Positions 19,128 through 25,323 of a DNA stretch of 32,000 bases are shown one piece after another. Both the position numbers and the translations under genes were made by a program. The notes below the pieces were generated by a model that saw nothing but the letters and a program-made list of their open reading frames with translations, ran no database searches and was not told the origin of the DNA. Every line of letters starts with the position of its first letter. The stretch's first letter is position 1. This stretch comes from Xylanibacter ruminicola 23. Lineage in GTDB: Bacteria; Bacteroidota; Bacteroidia; Bacteroidales; Bacteroidaceae. The stretch covers positions 1,290,001 to 1,322,000 of the forward strand of contig NC_014033.1 in NCBI RefSeq assembly GCF_000025925.1. Direction: 5' to 3'.

Positions 19128-19186
19128 CCACTATAGCCACTTGCTTCACCTTATCTACTTGATACAACGTATCCACTATAGCCACT
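19128..19186. repeat. 14-bp direct repeat CCACTATAGCCACT x2, start positions 45 bp apart
   Basis: Identical copies at 19128-19141 and 19173-19186. A related CACTATAGCGAG lies near 18856. Confidence 0.7.
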
Positions 19187-19290
19187 CGGAAAAACAGGGA
19201 ACCAATCACCTGAAATACCACACATCCTCTATGATGTATGCAGAATGGGGCAACATAACCCAAACGCTTGGAGGGTAATTTCAATCATCT

Positions 19291-19298
19291 TACTTTTG
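19291..19298 (+). promoter_or_regulatory. Bacteroidetes -7 promoter box (TACTTTTG) for the DUF3408/mobilization genes
   Basis: Matches TAnnTTTG 63 nt upstream of the ATG at 19361. Confidence 0.45.
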
Positions 19299-19360
19299 CC
19301 CAGAAAAACGGTCATCAGCGACAGCTTTGGCCATAGTAGTAACAATTAAACCAAAATCAA

Positions 19361-19888
19361 ATGACAGCAAAAAAGACCAAGAATGTGCCTCCGACAAAGG
19401 AAGAAGACGAGGCATTGAGAACCTTCATGTATGGTGACAGACTTCGCTCATCTATCAGCATGGAAGAACGCTACCCAGATCTTGAAGAGAGCGATAACTC
19501 CGCCATCTCCACTGACACTAATGCAGTGATTCCACCCCCTACAACAGAAGAAGCCCAAGGCCAAGAAACTTCACCAAAGAATGAACAAGAGGAAGAACCA
19601 GAGCCGAAGCCTGTTTCTTTTCCTGCTGGTAAGCAGTCACCTGCCCACCGTGTCAGCAGCAAGCAGCGTAGACTTTCACTCGATGAGTATGGCACCGTCT
19701 TTCTCCCTGTACCCAAGATTGACCACCCAAAGCCCGTGTTCATCAGCGAGTCACTACGCGACGAACTTGACAAGGTGGCACGTAGGCTCGGAGGCAAGCG
19801 GATGAGTGCATCAGGCATCGTAGAGAACATGGTCAAGCACCACTTAGGCATCTATGGGGAGGATATGGAACAATGGTTTAAACTGTGA
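19361..19888 (+). CDS. DUF3408-like protein of Bacteroides mobile elements (disordered acidic N-terminus, RHH-like C-terminus)
   Basis: The C-terminal LSLDEYGTVFLPVPKIDHPKPVFISESLRDELDKVARRLGGKRMSASGIVENMVKHHLGIY matches my memory of DUF3408 proteins found next to mob genes. Confidence 0.65.
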   Translation: MTAKKTKNVPPTKEEDEALRTFMYGDRLRSSISMEERYPDLEESDNSAISTDTNAVIPPPTTEEAQGQETSPKNEQEEEPEPKPVSFPAGKQSPAHRVSSKQRRLSLDEYGTVFLPVPKIDHPKPVFISESLRDELDKVARRLGGKRMSASGIVENMVKHHLGIYGEDMEQWFKL

Positions 19889-19966
19889 GCGATAAGACTG
19901 GAGTCTGTGACCAGACAGGCGTGGTTTGACACCGAAGGTGGCACAATCGTCTGGAAACTACGTTTT

Positions 19967-20019
19967 GAGTGCGGCGAGGTTATGTTTTCGGCATCCCGAA
20001 AACGACCTCGCCCGCACTC
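19967..20019 (+). other. long interrupted hairpin, candidate oriT
   Basis: GAGTGCGGCGAGGT ... ACCTCGCCCGCACTC form a 14-bp outer stem with a one-C bulge. They enclose a perfect GTTTTCGG-CATC-CCGAAAAC inner hairpin. The structure lies 77 nt upstream of the MobC-type gene and is followed by CAGTC repeats. Confidence 0.45.
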
Positions 20020-20095
20020 CCGTTGCGAGGGAAATCCGCTCCCCACTGGTCGCAGATTCAGTCAGTCCAGTCACTAAAGTGAATACACTGAAGCA

Positions 20096-20485
20096 ATGAT
20101 AATTACAGGCACTCAAAACACGAAGAAGCACGGAGGCAGACCGACAGTTGCTGAAGCAAGACGGTTGACAAGGGCAGTCACGGTCAAGTTCTCCAAGAAG
20201 GATTACGAAATCCTGAAAGTCAGGAGCAAGAAGGCAAATAAACACATGGCCGAGTACATCCGAGACTCTACCCTAAACCCTGATGTAGCACAGAAGCCTT
20301 TAGAGGCGGTAACAAAGGACTACCGTATGCTTGTAGGCATGGCGAACAACCTCAACCAACTCACGAAGATGGCTCACCAAGAAGGAATCATATATCTGTA
20401 TGTTCCGTTAAACAGTCTGCTGGGTGACATCAGCCATATCGTAAGAGAGTATAAACAGGACGCCGACAAAAAGAGAAAAAGATGA
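20096..20485 (+). CDS. MobC-family relaxosome accessory protein (called MobA in Bacteroides mob operons)
   Basis: YRMLVGMANNLNQLTKMAHQEG is the NLNQ(I/L) motif of the bacterial mobilisation protein MobC family. The N-terminus is RHH-like. Its stop overlaps the relaxase start by 4 nt (ATGA). Confidence 0.8.
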   Translation: MIITGTQNTKKHGGRPTVAEARRLTRAVTVKFSKKDYEILKVRSKKANKHMAEYIRDSTLNPDVAQKPLEAVTKDYRMLVGMANNLNQLTKMAHQEGIIYLYVPLNSLLGDISHIVREYKQDADKKRKR

Positions 20486-21468
20486 TAGGAAAGATTATGA
20501 AGGCTGCATCGTTCAAGCGGTGCGTCCAATACGTGACAGGCAAGGAAGATGCGAAAATCCTTGCCTCCGACGGTGTGTTGCTGATGTCAACGCAGGACAT
20601 CATTGACAGCTTTGAGTTCCAGCGGCAGTTGAATCCCAGGATCTCCAAACCCGTAGGCCATATCGCTCTGAGCTTTCTGCCAAAGGACAAGGACAAACTG
20701 ACAGACGAGATGATGGCCCGGATAGCAATGGAATATATGGAACTGATGGGCATCAAGGACACTCAGTTTATCCTTGTCCGCCACTTTGATAATGGCAATC
20801 CCCACTGCCATCTGGTCTATAACCGTATCAACAACGAGGGCAAGACCATCTCAGACCAGAACGATTTTAGACGGAACGAACAGGTGACGAAACTGCTTAA
20901 ACGGAAGTACGGACTCACTTTTTCCAATGGCAAGGGAACCACTAAAACCGAGCGATTAAGAGGAAATGAAAAGACGAGATACGAGGTTTATCACATTATT
21001 ATGAACACACTGGCACAGGCCACTTCATGGCGAGAATTCACAGATGAACTAAAGCGAAACGGTGTTACGATGGACATTGTGATGAAGAAAGATGGAAGTA
21101 CTAAGATTGCCGACATACAGGGTCTTCGCGTCACCAAAGACGGTAAGGCCTTCAAGGCTTCGCAGATTCGAAGAGGAATGACATACACAAAGATGGACAA
21201 TATTCTGAAGAGGAATGCACATAAGGAACAGGATACCAAAGCCTCTTGTCAGCAGCAGACAGGCCAAAGCGAACAACCCAGGCAAGCACAAAGACCAGAA
21301 CAAAAAGAACATCATGAAGAGTCTCAGCAGCACTCTTCCAGTTCATCCATTCCTATTCCATCATTGGGATTGTTCGATACAACTAATCCTGTCTATGACC
21401 CAGAAGATGAAGCCTTTCGTCGCCAGATGCAGCGTAAGAAAAAGAAGACGAGTCAATTAAAATTGTAG
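20482..21468 (+). CDS. relaxase / mobilization nuclease
   Basis: VGHIALSF near the N-terminus and the His-triad-like RHFDNGNPHCHLVYNRI are typical of the relaxase/mobilisation nuclease domain. The C-terminal tail is Q/S/E-rich and low-complexity. Confidence 0.88.
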   Translation: MIGKIMKAASFKRCVQYVTGKEDAKILASDGVLLMSTQDIIDSFEFQRQLNPRISKPVGHIALSFLPKDKDKLTDEMMARIAMEYMELMGIKDTQFILVRHFDNGNPHCHLVYNRINNEGKTISDQNDFRRNEQVTKLLKRKYGLTFSNGKGTTKTERLRGNEKTRYEVYHIIMNTLAQATSWREFTDELKRNGVTMDIVMKKDGSTKIADIQGLRVTKDGKAFKASQIRRGMTYTKMDNILKRNAHKEQDTKASCQQQTGQSEQPRQAQRPEQKEHHEESQQHSSSSSIPIPSLGLFDTTNPVYDPEDEAFRRQMQRKKKKTSQLKL

Positions 21469-21469
21469 T

Positions 21470-21499
21470 AATGAGGATAGGGGGCGTTTGTCCCTCATT
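21470..21499 (+). terminator. weak hairpin after the relaxase gene
   Basis: AATGAGG (21470-21476) pairs with CCTCATT (21493-21499) around a 16-nt loop. It is followed by CTTTGT, with no strong T-run. Confidence 0.3.
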
Positions 21500-21618
21500 C
21501 TTTGTAATGTCTTATAGTAATGCCATTTTTATCATCAGCTATCAATTGCAACATGTCATTTCTATTTCTTTCCCTTTTATATTATATGTTATGCCATATT
21601 TGCCATGTCCGCAACTAT

Positions 21619-23682
21619 TTACAATTTCCCTTTTAATATAGCACTCTCACTACCAACAGAATTGTACCTGTATGAACGAGTTACCTTTTTCCCATATTCA
21701 AATGTATATACTACTTTTATTGATGCATTTTGATTATATGTTTGATTATTGTTTGAATATGAAAAAGAATATACATCAGACACCGCAGAGCTAGTTACCT
21801 CTCGATGCATAAAGAATAGATTATTTATATTTGTTTTCAAAGAAAGCATTTTATAGTCCCATCCTATCGTTATTGAATATTGCCATGGAATCTTCTGGAT
21901 GATTTGGTTGTTAACAATCTGTTTTTGAGGAGTATTCACTACGAAAGATGCGTACAAGTCTTTTCTTGACACGTCTACTTGAAAGTTGCTCCACAATGTA
22001 TGCACACTTTCACTGACATCACCTGCCAATTTCGTATGTTTATAGCCTCCGTTTATTTTTATATTAATTTTAGTTGATGGTTTGTAAACAGCAGATAAAT
22101 CAAGTGAAGTCCGTTGATATCTGTTTTCGCTGGAAAAAGTATTAATGAGGTTGTCTCCATCGTAATGATAAACATTGGCAATTGCGTGATTTATATAATA
22201 GTATTGGAAGTTTGAGGAAAAAGACATATTGTCGAGACTCCAGTTGTAACTAATTCTAGGCATCAGAAGGATGCTGTTGTCCATTTTCGGATTCCCACGA
22301 CGAATCATAATACGATCTATCCGCTGTTCCGCATTATTTATTGTATTGGGACTAGGATATGTATTCCCTAATGCTAATGATAATTGCAATCTTTTTTTCT
22401 TGCTAATCATATATGCACCCATCAAATTAAGTCGAGGAGTTAAATGGCTTATAGATGGGCTTCCTGACAATTGATATGTCATATAAGAAAGTCCTGGATG
22501 AATATTTAATAGTATATTTCCATATATTCTTTTAGAATAATCAGCAAATAAAATTGTTTCAGAGGAATATAGATGCTGTTTCCTATTTTCACTTAATTCA
22601 TAAGCAATTTGACTATTTCTAAAATATTCATGCAAGCTGAATGTTATACTGCTCTTATCTTTCAGTGAGATACTGTAATTCGCATTAATTTTGGTATATA
22701 AATAGTCCTCTGAAGCATTTGACTGGAATGTGTAGTCCAATTCATCATAGTACCTTTCGTATTTACGCTTTGAATAGTAACCGTCAAGAACCACATCTAT
22801 ATGTCTAGAATCAGAAATATCTTTTGAATAATATAAATATGTCGTCGGTTTAACGTATCTCTCATTTTCTTTTTTTAAAAATCTTGCGGATGGGTATGTA
22901 GAAGAGTAAGAAATAAAGCCTTCATTGGTATCTTTACCTGTTTTTTGGCGTTCGATGCCAGCCCTTATCATCCACATCTGCTTTTTATCAATTTTGCTGA
23001 TACTTGCAATCCCATACAAGTTTTCCAGACGATTATTTAGAGAGTAACTGCTATTCTTGATTAAGTTTCCTGTTTTGAAATTTACATATCTTTCAGCCTC
23101 TTCATCATTGTCATTTAAACCACAAACATTGTATCCGCCCCATACATTAATATTATAATTGTTGAAAGAGTATTTTGAAACAAGATTGTAATCACCAATA
23201 AGATAGCCAATGCCTTGTTTACCTTCCAGCAAAGTATATCCTCCAGACGTAGGTTCTTTTAAAACAAAATTTATGGATGAGGCATCGATAGAATATTTTC
23301 CTGAAGGAGAATCAAAATACTCTATCTTTGCAACTTCTTTAGGTCGTAACGATTCTATCTCACGATAAGTAGCTTTACGTCCATTTATGTAGAGTGTTGC
23401 TTGCCCTGCTGGTGTAACAACTTCTCCTTTCTGATAATCAACAGACACATTCGGTATCATCATCCGATATAACAAGTCAAAACCACTATGTGTATGTTTA
23501 CGTTGTAACTCTGTTGGAATGCATATGATATGGTCATCTTCTAACACCAAATTATTTCCTTTAACAACGATTTCTTGTAACTGAATAATATGATTAATAG
23601 AATCATTGCCTGTTGTTTGCTGCTGTGCAGTTGCTGAATTTGTAGATAATAATGTTACAAATAATACTATAATATGTCTCAT
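21619..23682 (-). CDS. outer-membrane plug/beta-barrel protein (TonB-dependent-receptor-like, OMP_b-brl_3-like)
   Basis: Signal peptide MRHIIVLFVTLLSTNSATAQ. Plug-like LQEIVVKGNN ... ATLYINGRKATYREIESLRPKEVAKIEYF. A long region rich in Y, N and S with alternating hydrophobicity suggests beta strands. Its start overlaps the stop of the rSAM gene by 1 nt (TAATG). Confidence 0.7.
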   Translation of the reverse strand: MRHIIVLFVTLLSTNSATAQQQTTGNDSINHIIQLQEIVVKGNNLVLEDDHIICIPTELQRKHTHSGFDLLYRMMIPNVSVDYQKGEVVTPAGQATLYINGRKATYREIESLRPKEVAKIEYFDSPSGKYSIDASSINFVLKEPTSGGYTLLEGKQGIGYLIGDYNLVSKYSFNNYNINVWGGYNVCGLNDNDEEAERYVNFKTGNLIKNSSYSLNNRLENLYGIASISKIDKKQMWMIRAGIERQKTGKDTNEGFISYSSTYPSARFLKKENERYVKPTTYLYYSKDISDSRHIDVVLDGYYSKRKYERYYDELDYTFQSNASEDYLYTKINANYSISLKDKSSITFSLHEYFRNSQIAYELSENRKQHLYSSETILFADYSKRIYGNILLNIHPGLSYMTYQLSGSPSISHLTPRLNLMGAYMISKKKRLQLSLALGNTYPSPNTINNAEQRIDRIMIRRGNPKMDNSILLMPRISYNWSLDNMSFSSNFQYYYINHAIANVYHYDGDNLINTFSSENRYQRTSLDLSAVYKPSTKINIKINGGYKHTKLAGDVSESVHTLWSNFQVDVSRKDLYASFVVNTPQKQIVNNQIIQKIPWQYSITIGWDYKMLSLKTNINNLFFMHREVTSSAVSDVYSFSYSNNNQTYNQNASIKVVYTFEYGKKVTRSYRYNSVGSESAILKGKL

Positions 23683-24965
23683 TATTCCTTCTTAATTTGA
23701 TCCTCTGTATGCTTTATTATAAGTTCTTTTATGTATGCTTCACGTTTCGAGCAATAATCCTCTAAAAAAGAGTCTGCCGAGAAAATTCTCTTAAACGGAC
23801 ATCCTCCATCGCATATTGGGAAACAAAAACACTTTTTACATTTATCAGATTCCAAAGGGTCATTTGCTAAAAGATATTTTAAGCAAAGACTATTTAAATT
23901 TGAAAAATCAGAAATGTTGCCTATCTCTTTATCTTGTAATCCTATGTCATTCCAACATTTATAGAGTTCTCCAGATGGACCAATTACAAAACTATTCAAG
24001 TGTCTTGCGCTACATTCTCCAAATGAAGGCTTAGGATATAATGATATTGGGATACCATACAAATCATGTTGTTTAATTACGAAATTGCCCCTATCAGAAA
24101 AATCCATACAATTGCAATTGGCTTTTGAGGAAAAATCATCCGTAACATAGCCAGGGTGTATGTTTATCTTATAGTCATGGTATCTTCCTGTCATGAAATT
24201 ATACAGTTTATGGTATTCCTCAGAATTGGACTTGTCTATATTAACTCTTAACGCAACTCTGACATCAGGATACTTGAAGAACAAATTATCTATATTGTGA
24301 ACGATTCTCTTATAGCTGTCTGCATTTTTGTAATGGGGACGGCGTTTATTGTGAACTTGCTCTAATCCGTCTATGGTGATTTGCAATCCCATTATCTTTA
24401 GATGTTTCAGTTTTGAAATTTTCTCATCGTCAAGGAGATACCCATTGGTTATCATAAAGGCTTGATAATTAGGATACTCTTGCATAAACATCTTTGACAA
24501 CCTTTCAATAAATCCAAACTTCAGAAGAGGTTCCCCTCCATACCATGTAACTCTCAGATAATTTGTCTTCTTGAAAATTTTAGTAAACTTAATGATACTA
24601 TTTGCCATCTTTTCTTCGTCCAATACATTTTTACTTTTAATACCGGACTCATAACAATAAGAGCATCTAAAGTTACATGCAGTAGTAGGTGCGATTGTTA
24701 AGGATAAATAGTTCTTGTCATATCTTGCTAATGTCCTTTCCAATTTGATACGATTGTAGATGTTTATATCATTGTCGATGACAACATATTGCTTTTTCAA
24801 TTCTTCAAGAAAAGGCGACGCGACATCTGCAAATTCACCTTTTGCACAAGACTCTAATCTGTACTTGTCGTCAATATCAAAGCGCATCAGATTGTTTGTG
24901 TATGAATTATATAAGTAAATGTTACTACCTAATTCAAAAAGATAATTATATATTGACCAAATCAT
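23682..24965 (-). CDS. radical SAM/SPASM-domain peptide maturase
   Basis: APTTACNFRCSYCYE (CxxxCxxC). WYGGEPLL. SPASM signatures GELYKCWND and CKKCFCFPICDGGC (Cx2Cx5Cx3C). About 95 aa precede the cluster (LYNSYTNNLMRFD), as expected for a peptide-recognition region. It lies directly downstream of a Cys-rich precursor gene. Confidence 0.88.
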   Translation of the reverse strand: MIWSIYNYLFELGSNIYLYNSYTNNLMRFDIDDKYRLESCAKGEFADVASPFLEELKKQYVVIDNDINIYNRIKLERTLARYDKNYLSLTIAPTTACNFRCSYCYESGIKSKNVLDEEKMANSIIKFTKIFKKTNYLRVTWYGGEPLLKFGFIERLSKMFMQEYPNYQAFMITNGYLLDDEKISKLKHLKIMGLQITIDGLEQVHNKRRPHYKNADSYKRIVHNIDNLFFKYPDVRVALRVNIDKSNSEEYHKLYNFMTGRYHDYKINIHPGYVTDDFSSKANCNCMDFSDRGNFVIKQHDLYGIPISLYPKPSFGECSARHLNSFVIGPSGELYKCWNDIGLQDKEIGNISDFSNLNSLCLKYLLANDPLESDKCKKCFCFPICDGGCPFKRIFSADSFLEDYCSKREAYIKELIIKHTEDQIKKE

Positions 24966-24989
24966 ACTTATATTTATTTCTGTTAATGT

Positions 24990-25036
24990 AAAAAAGAGGA
25001 AGCGTTAGGCAAATGCGTCGCCCAACGCGACCTCCT
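24990..25036 (-). terminator. hairpin plus U-run between precursor-1 and the rSAM gene (attenuator/partial terminator)
   Basis: On the minus strand, GCGTTGGGC ... GCCTAACGC form a 9-bp stem with one G-U pair. An outer GGAG/CTCC segment extends the stem, and TTTT follows. This arrangement resembles known RiPP operons that over-express the precursor. Confidence 0.5.
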
Positions 25037-25041
25037 AATGT

Positions 25042-25233
25042 TTAAGCCATATTGCCTTTGCAAGTACAGTCAGGATTACAATTCCAAGCATCGCAATCAC
25101 TCCAAGGATCGCAGTATTGCCGAAGTTCTTCTACTCTGTCTCCTCCAACAATGCCACCTAAAGCAGCATTCGTTAGACGATTTTCAAATGTAACATGTGC
25201 GTTACTTTTCTCAACGAAATCAATCTTTTTCAT
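25042..25233 (-). CDS. RiPP precursor peptide 1: double-glycine leader, Cys/Trp/Asp-rich core
   Basis: MKKIDFVEKSNAHVTFENRLTNAALGGIVGG | DRVEELRQYCDPWSDCDAWNCNPDCTCKGNMA. There are two GG motifs and five Cys in the last 23 residues. It lies 76 nt upstream of the rSAM/SPASM gene on the same strand. Confidence 0.75.
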   Translation of the reverse strand: MKKIDFVEKSNAHVTFENRLTNAALGGIVGGDRVEELRQYCDPWSDCDAWNCNPDCTCKGNMA

Positions 25234-25295
25234 CTTATTGAAGTTGAATTAATAAATTACATTATGGTGAAGCATTTTAAGTCATAACACCACGA

Positions 25296-25321
25296 TGACC
25301 CATATTTTGTGCACTAATATG
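25296..25321 (-). promoter_or_regulatory. conserved 26-nt element (copy 1) with palindrome CATATT-n-GTGCAC-n-AATATG upstream of precursor-1
   Basis: TGACCCATATTTTGTGCACTAATATG (plus strand) is identical to 29020-29045. It sits 62 nt upstream of the precursor ATG and 2 nt after the stop of the preceding gene. Confidence 0.6.
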
Positions 25322-25323
25322 CT

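Larger units (their letters stand above)
10830..21600. mobile_element. NBU-like integrative mobilizable element (integrase ... relaxase); ends approximate
   Basis: A tyrosine integrase sits at one end and oriT-like hairpin, MobC-type protein and relaxase at the other. Two excisionase-type HTH genes and DUF3408 lie between them. There are no tra/T4SS genes. The cargo is an Abi/helicase operon. The left limit is placed after the intact kinase promoter. The right limit is placed in the non-coding stretch after the relaxase, where base composition changes abruptly. I could not find att direct repeats by eye. Confidence 0.6.

Noticed and set aside
18917-19186. Possible CRISPR array
   Set aside because: The repeat units are only 8-14 bp. 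They are heterogeneous and directly abutting, without spacers of regular length. No cas genes are present.
19081-19284. 67-aa minus-strand ORF
   Set aside because: It overlaps the 14-bp direct repeats and the promoter box for the DUF3408 gene. It has no motifs.
21469-21618. Possible extra small precursor gene or sRNA in the AT-rich spacer after the relaxase
   Set aside because: There is no ORF with a GG-leader-like sequence on either strand, and no copy of the conserved 26-nt element.
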